In this document: positions 12,673 through 23,770 of the stretch, in pieces | Layout of the letters: each line of letters opens with the position of its first letter | How positions within the stretch are numbered: position 1 is the stretch's first letter | DNA from: an uncultured archaeon | GTDB lineage: Archaea; Thermoproteota; Bathyarchaeia; Bathyarchaeales; Bathycorpusculaceae | Reading direction: 5' to 3' | DNA: 64,000 nucleotides | Assembly: GCA_963810275.1 (NCBI GenBank) | Contig: CAWENF010000021.1 | Location: forward strand, 192,001 to 256,000 | The notes under the pieces: generated by a model | Database searches by the model: none | Told to the model about the DNA's origin: nothing | The model's input: only the letters and a program-made list of their open reading frames with translations | Made by a program: the position numbers and the translations under genes

Positions 12673-12940
12673 TTTTTCGGATTTTTATTTTACCCTTAAA
12701 AATCGATTGGCATGAAGTATAAGTTTAATGAACTTTTAGAATAATACTTATTGTTCACTAAATTTATAAGGAGATTTTTAATAATTTCAGATTTTTAGTA
12801 AAAAAATAAAGTGAATTTATAAGTTGGCAAAATAATCGAAATTCTATTTAAAAAAAGTAGCAAGTTCAATAATTTCCAAAAGAAATCGACTTATACATTA
12901 ACAGTATTCCGTACACATACTTTCTTTTGTGCCATCTGTT

Positions 12941-13219
12941 CTAAGAAATTAACCTCATTCGCTTTAGGAGCAAATTGGTTTGGTGCATCTGCTTTAGACA
13001 TTTAGCACCATTCTCAGTCAACAAAAGCCCAGTATCCGTTCGACAAACCGCATTTGCCTGGATAAGACATGCCAAGATTTTTTGAAACCTATAATAAGGA
13101 AGGTTAGCCCGACGGGCAATACGTGTCGGACTTGCTTTCCCAATGCTGTCTTCTTCTTGACATATGAGAACCAACAATTCATAGTAAATATCAAATTTAC
13201 TTCGCTTGCCCGCATTCAC
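12941..13219 (-). CDS. Archaeal winged-helix transcriptional regulator (HTH_45-like)
   Basis: KRSKFDIYYELL...PTRIARRANLPYYRF...LTENG; start placed at GTG 13219 rather than the ORF-track start. Confidence 0.75.
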   Translation of the reverse strand: MNAGKRSKFDIYYELLVLICQEEDSIGKASPTRIARRANLPYYRFQKILACLIQANAVCRTDTGLLLTENGAKCLKQMHQTNLLLKRMRLIS

Positions 13220-13435
13220 TATGCAATCCCTCTTTTTTTCATCGCATAATTTATTTGAATAAGAATTACCAAACTGATAATTACTAGAACCTTGAGTCAA
13301 AAGTAAAGCGACATTGCCTCCGTCTGCAAGGGACCCTACTACGTAGCTAAGGTGCCATATCCACAAGAAGAAGAACGCCGATCAAGGAAAAATCGCTGTT
13401 TTCTTTCTCGTCAAATCTATATCACTTTTTGTTTT

Positions 13436-13532
13436 GGGTTTGCTGAGGCTTCTGCCAAGATTTAAGGAGAAAAAGGAAAGAATGAGAGCAACACTTGCAA
13501 ATAGACAATATAACAGAAGCCCTCTCAGCCCC
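13436..13532 (-). ncRNA. Candidate structured sRNA, copy 1 (BHB-like closing stem, anti-leader loop)
   Basis: Minus strand GGGG-CUGA-GAG-GGCUUCUG...UUUCCUUUUUCUCCUUAAAUCUU..CAGAAGCC-UCAG-CAA-ACCC; homologous copies elsewhere in the window. Confidence 0.65.
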
Positions 13533-13593
13533 AACTTAAAAAAATTAAAAAAAACAAAAAAGGGAGGGAAAAAATTTTTCATAGTTTTTCACC

Positions 13594-16016
13594 TTATGGG
13601 TGCTTTCTTAGAACTAACATCATGACGGCTAAGACTACGATGATTGGAACGATGATTGCTGCTGACATTGGTATGAAGTATTGGTCAGCCATGCTTGGAG
13701 GTTGTGTTGGTTGCGGCGAGGGTGTTGCTGATGTGGGGTCAACTGCGAAAGATGTGACTGCGTGAGATTGCCAGTAAGATTTGCTGCCTGCAAATGATGC
13801 GTAGAGAGTATATTTGCCTTCAATGTCAGGTGTCCAGTTGTATGTGAAGAAGCCATCGGCATCTGCTGTTGTAGTGCCTATAGTTCGATAGTTGCCATTT
13901 GAGTCAACAACACTCAATTCCACTTGTACACCTACCACGTTTGTTGGGCGGGGTCTTTGCATAGAACGTATTGATCCATGCGGTCATGCTTTCGTCAGAT
14001 ACTGCGGGGACACCATTGGAAAACGAGCAGCTTGTATTCCTGAGCAAATACAGCAATGTCCAGTACTGTGCCTTCGATCATTACACTGCTTCCTTGTGTT
14101 GTGACTTTGGGTGAGGCATTAACTGTTATAGCGCTATGTCCTTTTCCGAATGCATATATCTGGTTGTCCATAGCATTGTGTGTTACTAGTAATCCATCTG
14201 CAAGGGCGCCCATGGCATTTCTAAGCCTTGATAAGCACCAGAAATATTCCAGATGCCTTCGCCTGTTGTAGCGTTAATAGCCCACATTTTCATACACGAA
14301 TAAGGGTTGGTCTGGCGAGTGTTCATTGTGTGGAATGTAGATTTTGCCATCTGGAATTATTGAGGCGCCATAGAAAGCCCAAGTACCGTAGGTTGTGTCA
14401 AGCTGAACTTGAGCACAGGCTCAATGCTTTCTGACCTGTAGTCATATTGTATCCAGATACAATCTCTGCAGATCCAGCGATGTAGAATATGTGGCCACAA
14501 AACCCCTCCAACATCAAAGATACCCAGTGGTTTTGTGGACCTTGAAGTGGATATATTTAATTTTATGTTTTTATGTGCAGAATTATCCACTGTTGATCTT
14601 CTCTGAAGGGTAGAGCGTATAACTCTGTGTATAGACTAATGTAACGGATATACGTGCGACAGTATCCGTCAATTTTCATTACCAGAAAAAATTCTTACCT
14701 GCTGTATCCTACGTGTACAAAAGTAGGCAATGGGTCTGTTAGTACTGGAAAAGTTCTGGTAGTGATCGTCACACCTTATTTTTCATCTCACCATTCAATA
14801 TGATCCTGCGCCATTTACTATGTTTGCATCCACTTCCCATTAAATACTATCGTGCTATTGATTGTTTGTCCTTGAAAACGTTCGATCTACGTTCATTATT
14901 TTGCTAACTCCAACATTTGAGGTGAAAATGATCTGGGAAGCGCAATAAGTACTCATCTCTAAATATCCTTTGCGTTATTGATAGTGTAAATTCGTATTTC
15001 GCCTTTTCGCACATTTGAACGTCACCGCTTGAGGCGTTCTAGACTGAAGGAATAATTACCTGTGAATCTATCATCTATCTGCTATGTAGTTTGTTGAATC
15101 ATGGATCAGCCAGACTATAAATTTTTACGCGTTATGGGAAAATGCAACCTAATCGTAGGCTGTTGAAACCGCTCCATAGGAGATGTTTTGATACTATAGA
15201 GATCACCTATACATACATCTACTGCTATTGTACCGTATCTTGGTGGTTCTGCGGTTTCGTAGTAGAGAACACCGTTCATAATGATTGGTGGTCTAAACAT
15301 TGGTTAATAGTTCAAGCCGCCATAGTAAGATTCAGCATAGCCGATAATTCCTCTCACTATTCCTCCTGGCAGCAATTGTTTTGTCCACATTATGTGTGAA
15401 GTGTTAGGTCCTGTAGAGTAGGGATTTGCATTACCGCTGCCTTCATAGGCTACTGCGTCTTTATCGCCTTTACCCATGAGCCAGTTTCCTGCAATAGTGT
15501 ACCATTCCCTATTTTCCGAATTTATTGGTCTTGTCCAATATTCAGTTGGAAACGGTAATTCAGGTGTTATGCCAATAGGTTGCTCTTGAACAGTGATTTC
15601 AATTGTTTTTGATTCTAGTGGTACATACCATCTTGAATAGCCATTTGAGCCCGTTCTGTTTACCCATTGTCCTGGAAAGCTAGCGTGTATTTTGTAAGTT
15701 CCTGTACTATCTGGAGTGAACCCAATGTAAGTACCTCCTTTATATCCGATTTCAATCCGCTGAATGTTTGTGTCTTTCCGTCTGGTTTTTCCACAGTAAC
15801 TTCGACGTTATCCCAAGTTTGTCCGGCAATTGGATTTGGTATTGCAAGCCACCATTGAATGTTTAATTGCTGACCAACACCGACAGGATTTGGAACTGCA
15901 CTGATGAATAATCGTGTTTCGACATCAACAGCCGACACTTGTATTACTGACATCATAGAAGGCAAAATTAGAAGCAAAATGCTCACAAAAATTATTGATA
16001 CTTTTTTGTTTTTCAA
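13594..16016 (-). pseudogene. PQQ-like beta-propeller surface protein, paralogue 2 (heavily fragmented)
   Basis: Signal peptide plus PNPVGVGQ, PIIMNGVLYY, NAMDNQIYAFGKG, C-terminal Ig-like domain plus MADQYFIP-TM-RKHP; many frameshifts between about 14000 and 15700. Confidence 0.75.
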
Positions 16017-16064
16017 TTTCTTAAATCTCCGTTTCGGGATTTTAGTTTATCAAGTTTAATGTTT

Positions 16065-16294
16065 TTTGCAAATAAGTCTCACGGACACTGCGTGCATACA
16101 AATAAATGCTCAAAACTATGATTAGTTTAACAAACTGATTTTAATAATAAACATAATGCTTGCTCACTTTTTGTGCATACAAATAATTGTGTAAAAATAT
16201 GGGTCATTAGGACACAAATAGCAAACTATAAACAAGAAAAGAAAACAAGTACTAAAAATTAAGATCTCTATTTTTTCGGTACTGACTTTAATTA
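16065..16294. promoter_or_regulatory. Duplicated divergent promoter region, copy A
   Basis: Colinear with 19071-19304; internal repeat GTGCATACAAATAA at 16092 and 16173. Confidence 0.65.
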
Positions 16295-16349
16295 TGCTAA
16301 AGACGCTTCGGTTGGTCTGGGAATAGAGAATTAAGTTATCAATGTTAAA

Positions 16350-16367
16350 CAGAAACTTCTCAGCCCC
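16350..16367 (-). ncRNA. 5' half only of the structured sRNA element (copy 2, truncated)
   Basis: Minus strand GGGG-CUGA-GAA-GUUUCUG about 42 nt after the paralogue 3 stop; partner strand absent. Confidence 0.5.
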
Positions 16368-16409
16368 AATTTGAAATCCAAAACGAAAAAAAGAAAGTGG
16401 GGGCTTGGT

Positions 16410-19045
16410 TTATGGTTTTTTTCTTAGCATCAAGATCATGACTGCGCCGATGACTGCAACGAGGATGAATAAGGCTGCGATTGCTGGTATGAAATATTGA
16501 TCTGCCATAGATTCTGGTTGCTCAGCTTGAGGAGTTGGTGTTGCTGCTGCTTGATCGACGTTAAATGCTGTAACTGCATGCGATGGATAATATGAGCTAC
16601 TTCCTTCAAAGGATGCGTAAATTATGTATTTGCCTTCAATATCAGGCTGCCATGTGAAACTGTAGAATCCATCTGAGTCAGCTGTGGTTGTTCCAATCGT
16701 TCTATAGTTGCCGTTTGCATCTAATACGCTTAAATTGATGTCAACACCTTGCGCATTTGGTTTTTCTGTTTGTTGATAAACGTACTTCATCCAGTCTGCC
16801 ATACTTTCATCAGACACTGCAGGAACGCCGTCGGGGAATCTTAATTGAATTTCTTTTTGAGTACTACCCGGTGAGACGTCTGTAATTGAACCTCTTATTG
16901 TTATCGTGTTAGCAATTGTTATACCACTTGATGGTACGTCAATGTTTATTGCGCTTGGACCTTTACCTATTGCGTATATTTGCATGTCATATGTGTTCAT
17001 AGCTGCAATGATACTATCTCCAATTAGAGGGTATCCACCCCAGTGAGTCCCGCGAATAAGACCATCTGCTCTCCAAACTACATCACCGGTTGTTGCGTTA
17101 AGACAAATCATTGGTGCGTCGACTGGAAGTGAAAGTTCATATCCGGAGTGTTCTGTGTGTATGACATAAATCAGGCCGTTTGCAATGAACATTGGATAAA
17201 GTGGCCATTCTGCGAACGTTGATCCTAACGCTCTTTCATTGATAGCTGTATAATTCCAAAGCAAATTGCCTGTTAAAGTATCGTAGCAATATAGCACACC
17301 TGAATATCCAGCGGTATAATATTTGCCGTCGTAAATTTGATTAACTGCTCTAGCTGATGTTCCTGCAAGACCCATAGTATAGAAGTCTAAGTAACCGTGT
17401 GAATCCGAAGTCCATAAGTGTGCACCTGTTTCAACACTAAATGCATAATCTTGTCGTGTTTCTTTTTCACCAAAAACTATGATCTCATCTTGTGATAGAT
17501 CACTTGTTGCCTGCCATGCAATTGTTACATTACCATCTTTCCAGTCTGATGGTGAATCCCATACCTTGTTGAAAAATAAAGTTCCTGCACGTTGTTCGTC
17601 AATGCTTATTGCCCATAATGTAACACCATTCGCCGATGCAGTTCCACCAAGAATTCGGTCATCAAGAACTGAAAAGACAGATCCAGGTAGACCCGTTGGA
17701 ATAGTTACGTTCCATTCGTATCCTGCATATCCTGTTGGTGTTAGTTCGTTGTCTGCTGGAGTGACAGATGAAATTCCTGTTGCATCAACAACTTTACCTT
17801 CAGGAACCCATTGTTGTAGGTTTGTTGTACCAATTTCTTGTCCTGCCCATAAGTCAGGAATGTTAGTTGAGTTCCAAAGGGTCATGTAGCCTTTTGCTAA
17901 GGTTAGTTGTATAGACAAGCATTTCACCGTTTTCGCCGATAACTTTGTTTCCTGATGGGACATTGTAGATTGAATAGATGTATTCACCCGTGAATGGATC
18001 AAATGCACATAAAGTTGTACCTGCATTGAATGGAAGTCCTAGTGATGTTTTAGTTTCTGCGGTTGCAGTAGCCCATAAGTAAGGATATGTGCCAACAACG
18101 TTAATTGAGTTCCATTGCATCAATTGTCCTTGAGCTAAAGTCAAATTGTTGAGAAAAGTTTTTGTCCAAAGCACTTCACCTGTATGCAAGTTTACAGCTG
18201 TGTATTCATGAATCTTTGATGTAGTTGGATAGTTGTCGTAGTACAAGTTTCCAAGCATTATGACGCTTCTCAAGAATTTGCCTTGATATGCATCTCCAAT
18301 AGTTACTCTGTCTTCTGTTATTGTACTTGTAGTTCCTTTGCTGCCACCAACTAATCCTCCACCTGTAATTGGTCTACTCCAAAGTAGATGGGGTGATTGT
18401 GGTGCGTAATCGTTTCCATATGCTATTCTGTTATAGGTGTTAGCTGTGTTTGATGCCATTAACCAGTTGCCGCCAATGGTTTGCCATGTTTGGTACTGGT
18501 TGTTTATTGGTCTTGACCAGTATTCATTAGGTAAGGGTTGATAAATAGCACCCTGAATTGGTTCAGATTGTACAACTATACTCCACTTTTTCACTAGAAC
18601 TTGCTTGCATTATTGTTCCTTTTGGGAGAGAAGAACCTATGCTAGCGGGATTAGTTTGTTCTGGGAAGAACGATTGTAAAATATATGTTCCTTCCATGTC
18701 CGGTGTAAAACTTGTTGATGTTCCGCCAGTTGAATCAGTTGCAAATGGACCTAAAGTTGTCTCGTGACCGTCTGGGTCTGTGATGACTACTGTAAGTCCT
18801 GTCCAGCTATATTGGTCAGCAGCTAATTGTTGAGTTATACCTAACCGGATAAGAACTTCTTGTCCTACGCCGATGGGGTTTGGTGTTGCCCCAACGAATG
18901 CATAAGTTTTTAACGTGGGTTCAGCGCTGTCTTCACCGTTTATTGTCGGAATAATAGTTGATACTGATAGTACAGATAGCAACGTTATTGTCAGTATAGC
19001 AAATATTTTATTGGTTTTTGACACTTTCATTTTTTCTTGCTCCAT
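16410..19045 (-). CDS. PQQ-like beta-propeller surface protein, paralogue 3 (two frameshifts)
   Basis: PNPIGVGQEV, PLPNEYWSRPI, HLLWSRPITGGGLVGG, NTYDMQIYAIGKGPS, RFPDGVPAVSDESM, MADQYFIP-TM-RKKP. Confidence 0.85.
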
Positions 19046-19070
19046 AATTTTGTAACATTAGTTTGATGTA

Positions 19071-19304
19071 TTTGCAAATAAGTCTCACGAACATCAAGTG
19101 CGTTCAAATAAATGTAAAGAAGTATGGTCAGTTTGGGAAATGGAGTGGGAAAATAAACAGATAAACCTGCTCACATTGCGTACATACAAATAAATGTGTA
19201 AAAAATCGGTGATTTGGGACACAAATAGCAAATTATAGACAAGAAAAAGAGAGCAAGTATTAAAAAAAATAAGATCGCCATTTATTTGGTATGGACTATA
19301 ATTA
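19071..19304. promoter_or_regulatory. Duplicated divergent promoter region, copy B
   Basis: Colinear with 16065-16294; lies between paralogue 3 and the membrane protein/wHTH pair. Confidence 0.65.
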
Positions 19305-19975
19305 CACGAGGATTATAATTGAAATCCTTTCAGCGATTGCCTGCTTAGTATTAGCAAATTCATGATAAAACCATATCAACTTAAGAAACAAAGCAGGTAT
19401 CTTGGCTTACCATCGGATTTGGTATTCTTGGTTTAAGTTTTGCTCTTACTGTACGCTACTAATCCCGCCGCTTTATCATAATGCTGCATTGTCATGGTTT
19501 GCACACTTCACACGGGTATTTGCATTTATATTCCTCGCAATAACATACTATTTTTCAAAAAATCAGAAAAACGATTACTATGGGACCTAACTCTTAGCCT
19601 CGTGATAGTTGCCTTTATTGCTTCAGCTTTAGCACTCTTATATGCGCCACGAGATATTCTATCAAACTATACAGTTGCTCTGACCTTTGTCCGTATTCTT
19701 AGTTTAGCAGTCCTATCTTACATAATTATCCATACGTTTAGAATACACACAGCAAATCCAAATCTAACACCATATTGGGTCCCCCTGGGCTTTCTATTCT
19801 TCGCATTGAGCCAGTTTTTGTTACTTACATGTACATTACTGAGAGGTTCATTAGATTCAATTGCACAGATACATTAAGCTGGGTAGCTTTGCGTTCGATT
19901 GGCAGGTTTAACATTTTTCTTTTTGTTACCTATCGAACCTTTTACAGTTCTGAGGGAATGGGTCACAATAGATGA
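19291..19975 (+). CDS. Multi-pass membrane protein (putative sensor), frameshifted
   Basis: Manual start MDYNYTRIIIEILSAIACLVLANFMIKPY; hydrophobic ORF fragments; stop overlaps the wHTH start (ATGA). Confidence 0.65.
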
Positions 19976-20244
19976 ATAAGATTCATCGAAGTAGGATGGA
20001 AATATACGGCGAACTGTTAGCTGTGCTAAAAGAAGAAACTAACAACGAAAAGTTAGTGGTGACTCGGATTCAGGGTCGAATTAATGTGCCTTTTGATCGA
20101 TTTAAAAAATACATTTCAGAGCTTTACAGTTTAGGCTTGATTGAGGACCAGACTACTCTTAAACTTACAGACAAAGGAAAAGAATACCTAAAGGGATACG
20201 AGCAAATTGTGATTTTCATGGAGCGCATGGGTCTCACAAAATAG
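19972..20244 (+). CDS. Archaeal winged-helix transcriptional regulator (HTH_45-like)
   Basis: HRSRMEIYGELL...TRIQGRINVPFDRFKKYI...LTDKGKEYL. Confidence 0.85.
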   Translation: MNKIHRSRMEIYGELLAVLKEETNNEKLVVTRIQGRINVPFDRFKKYISELYSLGLIEDQTTLKLTDKGKEYLKGYEQIVIFMERMGLTK

Positions 20245-20408
20245 AATAACACTTTGAGACTATGCAGTGCTAGACTATGTCCCTTTTTATGAAGGGGGGA
20301 GAAAAAAACGATAAATTCTTCTCCAGAGGTGCGTATCCCAGCGGATTCGCCATTTTAGTTGTAAAAAATCTGATTTGCAGTACCTTTAGTCAACAAAAGA
20401 AGATTTTA

Positions 20409-20507
20409 AGGTTTGCTGAGGCTTCTGCTTAAGGAGATTTAAGGAGAAAAATTAATTAAAACAACAGCAAACAACATCATACACATACAAAAACCCTCAT
20501 CAACCCC
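20409..20507 (-). ncRNA. Candidate structured sRNA, copy 3
   Basis: Minus strand GGGG-UUGA-UGAG-GGUUUUUG...UUUUUCUCCUUAAAUCU..CAGAAGCC-UCAG-CAA-ACCU; pairs via G-U only on the minus strand. Confidence 0.6.
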
Positions 20508-20587
20508 AATTTTAAAGCCAAAAAAACTAAAAGAGAGTTATGCTCCGTGATGCTATTTTGTTTGTATAAAATAAATCGTAGAAAAGA

Positions 20588-20613
20588 GTAGCCCAGAAGA
20601 GATTCGAACTCTT
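20588..20613 (-). repeat. att site (distal copy of the tRNA-Gln 3' end)
   Basis: gtagcccagaagagattcgaactctt is identical to 36071-36096. Confidence 0.95.
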
Positions 20614-20689
20614 TAGGACTTTTCTTTCCTGCTGAAAGAAAATCCCTGCCAAAAGAAAGGGCTTTAATTTGGGTTTCTTCGTGTTCCAT
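20588..20689 (-). CDS. Integrase N-terminal fragment int(N)
   Basis: MEHEETQIKALSFGRDFLSAGKKSPKEFESLLGY reads through att in the same frame as int(C) (EFESLLGY-HKSLPTT...). Confidence 0.75.
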
Positions 20690-20750
20690 ATGTTGTTTCT
20701 CCGTATCTTTATGTGATACAATACATATCAATCAATAGACAAATATAAAT

Positions 20751-20767
20751 GTATCATAATATGATAC
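20751..20767. promoter_or_regulatory. Palindromic operator between int(N) and the divergent small ORF
   Basis: GTATCAT-AAT-ATGATAC with perfect 7-bp arms, just downstream of TATAAAT. Confidence 0.5.
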
Positions 20768-20782
20768 TCTAAGTGACTGCCG

Positions 20783-20965
20783 ATGCATAAAGCCATCCTA
20801 TCAGAACGTGAAAGAACTCTACTAACCAAATTCCTTGACGATGAACCCATAACAGATGAAACCTTCCGAATGCTAAAAATGAGGATTAAGCGAAACTATC
20901 CCACTATAACTCAAGATTTTCAGCTAATCAGCCAACTATTGAATAAGCTTGAATCTTCCACATAG
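20783..20965 (+). CDS. Small protein divergent from int(N), possible regulator or directionality factor
   Basis: 60-aa ORF preceded by a TATA-like box; function inferred from position only. Confidence 0.6.
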   Translation: MHKAILSERERTLLTKFLDDEPITDETFRMLKMRIKRNYPTITQDFQLISQLLNKLESST

Positions 20966-21339
20966 GGCTATTTTTACTATATTTTATTTTAGAATTTACT
21001 TCTATAATTATTGGATACCTTTTCCTGAGGTCGGGGTATACCACCCTCTATCAATCATCATATGAACTATAGTAAGTTAGTAATTGATTTTTTATTAGTT
21101 AATTATTAGAATAGCAATTAATCTATGGTTAGTTTATCAAGTAACTTTGGCATTATTTCTCATAGTCATTATTTTAGCCATTGAATCCTATAGGGGGGTA
21201 GCATAGGTATGGGAAAAGGTCTAATGATTCCAAGCTATACCAAATTATTTCTATATGGTTGATTGCTGTCAGAACTTATTAGCGGACATAGTACATATCC
21301 AAAAAATATTAAATCGAACAAGGCATAAGAGCAATAGTT

Positions 21340-21516
21340 ATGACTCCTACTAAGATTAACAGCATTCTTTCAGTTATTGGATTATTATTGATTTTTATTG
21401 CCATAATTGGCGGATATTTTACTTTAGGTCAACAATTGTTTGGTTACTTTTCATTCATCGGACTCGCTGGTTTGATAATTCAAATATGGGTGTATCATAG
21501 AAAGAAGCAGATATGA
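21340..21516 (+). CDS. Small two-TM membrane protein (58 aa)
   Basis: Manual translation MTPTKINSILSVIGLLLIFIAIIGGYFTLGQQLFGYFSFIGLAGLIIQIWVYHRKKQI. Confidence 0.55.
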   Translation: MTPTKINSILSVIGLLLIFIAIIGGYFTLGQQLFGYFSFIGLAGLIIQIWVYHRKKQI

Positions 21517-21624
21517 AAAAAGGTCAAAACTAAAAACAAAATAGCACATCAAATATTTCTTTGATTAACTATTGTCGAATTGATTAAGAATGGGGGTAGG
21601 GTACACCCAAGCTTGGGAAAAGGT

Positions 21625-22494
21625 CTACTTATCCGACAGAACGGTTTTTCGATGCCTTCTAAAGAGCACACCAGCAATAAACGCCAAGGCGATAATAACA
21701 AGTATAATTGGCAATATTACCAAATTTGGCAAGTCTGTATACCCAACCGAAAACGTTATTGTTTTTTCATCCATATTTCCATACATATCACTTACATACA
21801 AAGTCAAAGAGTGGGTACCTTTTGATAACTCTGTCAATGTTATATTCCACGTACTTGGATTACCATTATGACTATCCCAAAGAGTCACGTTATTTGCTCC
21901 ATCAAGACTATACCCTGCCCAATCAGTCAATCTGCTAACAGTATAGCTTAACGAAACATTAGATTCTCTGTAAGTCTGATTTGACGGCGATAAAAGGTTG
22001 ATTTCGATAGGATTACCTGTTACAGTATAATTAAGAGAAAGTTGAGGAACTATTGGATTTTCTACTCCCCATATGTAGCTACAAAAGCAGCTAAAAGTGT
22101 AGGTTCCTGAGTATTGTGCAGTAAAGTTGAAAGAGTCTTCGGTTGAGTTAAAATCATATAGCGTTTTAGAGTTTACGTCTTGGATTTTTGGGTGTACAGA
22201 GTAAGTGATTAGTTCACCATGTCCACCGATGTATCTGTTTGGGTAATAGTGAAAGTTGTTGATTATAAATAAACCTTGAACTTGGTCACCTTTTTCAAGC
22301 GGCATCATTCGGATTGTGAAATAGCCTTCAGGGACAAGTGAGTATTGTTCGCATAATTCCTTATTGAATTCTTGTGGTACGTTGGATGATGGTTGTGGAT
22401 TTTCAGGTTGAACCACAAACAAGGTTAAACATAGCGATATGATTATTAGAGATAGAATTAATGCAAAGGTTTTGCCGATTCTACCCATGTTCAA
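21625..22494 (-). CDS. Membrane-anchored secreted protein with Ig-like domain and RRHRKT tail
   Basis: Signal peptide; SPSNQTY...YSLDG...LSKGTHSLTLYVSDMYGN Ig-like motif; C-terminal TM. Confidence 0.8.
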   Translation of the reverse strand: MNMGRIGKTFALILSLIIISLCLTLFVVQPENPQPSSNVPQEFNKELCEQYSLVPEGYFTIRMMPLEKGDQVQGLFIINNFHYYPNRYIGGHGELITYSVHPKIQDVNSKTLYDFNSTEDSFNFTAQYSGTYTFSCFCSYIWGVENPIVPQLSLNYTVTGNPIEINLLSPSNQTYRESNVSLSYTVSRLTDWAGYSLDGANNVTLWDSHNGNPSTWNITLTELSKGTHSLTLYVSDMYGNMDEKTITFSVGYTDLPNLVILPIILVIIALAFIAGVLFRRHRKTVLSDK

Positions 22495-22671
22495 TATTGG
22501 TGTTTAGAAGTGATATAACGTTAATTGTATAGATTTCTTGACTAAGCTGAGTCGAGGTTTATTGACTAACAGAAAGAGGTAGTTTAGCGGGAAAAGGTTA
22601 AGCTTCCAAGTGACGTTTTTTCGATGCCTAAAATAATTTTGTGGTTCTATATTTGCAGATATACTTAGAAG

Positions 22672-23556
22672 CTATATTTTTAATTTCAGAAGAGTTCCAT
22701 TTGGCTGGAACTCTGCCACAAACACATCTCTTGCAGTCAGCGTAAGGGTAATTCCTTGGTAGCTATCAAAAATATCAAACTCCAAATCCAAATTCAAGTC
22801 AGTGTTAGTGGGCTGTTGTCCAGTCGCATTTTCATATTCTAAGATAGCTTGATTGTAAAACCAGTTTAGCCCCAATGAATCAATCTGGATAAAATCATTG
22901 TTTATTTGCTCATGCGACGGATAACCGCTGGGAAGATCATAATCGCTATAATGACTGGAAACCTAATAAAAATATGGATCACCACTACTATGCCCTACAG
23001 TTAACCGTGTTCTAATGTCTCCTGCATAAAAAGCCCAGTGTACCCCACCTTGCGGTGCGTTACTATAAGTCGAATGAATACTAAGACTCTCAAAAATCAA
23101 AGTCCCAAAATGTTCAAGTTGATAAAACTGAAAACTCGATGAGGACTCAAGAGTTTGAAGGTATGATGATAATGAAGCATCCAGTATTTCAGGATAACTT
23201 GCAGTAGGAGCAGTAGGTCCTGCATAACCCTGCATGTAAAACCCTACCCCTCCAAACGCCAACATGAATATAAAGAAACCTACAACCAGTCTGCTGAATA
23301 TTTTAGTTATTTTGTTCTTAATGACAATAAGGATAATGGTTATAACTAGTAGTAATCCGCTAATCGAAACAAGAATGATTGAAAGTGTCGAAATTGGGAC
23401 TGTAGTAAGCTGGATTAGAAAGAAACTTGCAACAAAAAACAGTACCAGTCGGGGAAGACCAATTCTACGCATGAGTTGCGGTTTGTTCTCTTTGGACGGT
23501 TGAGGTTGGCTACTTTTTAACGGTAATAGTCTATATGTTCGTTTGGGAGAACTCAT
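22672..23556 (-). CDS. Membrane protein with extracellular domain, frameshifted near 22960
   Basis: Three hydrophobic segments then a soluble region; two colinear ORF pieces. Confidence 0.6.
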
Positions 23557-23770
23557 TTTAAGAAATCTTGGATAATTGCAAGTTTTTGGTTTTGATGTTG
23601 TTAGATATTACTTTGATGCTTTTGAAGTTATTAGTTGACACTCTCTTGTTTGTTACTAATGTATTTGTATGGTTACTTTCATTATTAGTCTTTATTAACA
23701 TTTTTAGTGTGTGCTTGAAAGTTATTTGAATTATTCTAACAGATAGCGTAGTAGGTAAGTTGTGAAAAGT

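Noticed and set aside
13436-13532. sRNA element as a C/D box sRNA or a MITE
   Set aside because: CUGA is base-paired to UCAG, no C box is conserved across copies, the termini are bulged rather than perfect TIRs, and I saw no target-site duplications.
13434-13625. Plus-strand small ORF with a strong SD (AAGGAG...ATG AGA GCA) inside sRNA copy 1
   Set aside because: Copies 3 and 4 lack an equivalent ATG or conserved peptide, and G-U pairing supports the minus strand.
20477-20587. C-terminal part of the 84-aa ORF 20477-20731
   Set aside because: It is read-through into host DNA beyond att; only the int(N) part is meaningful.
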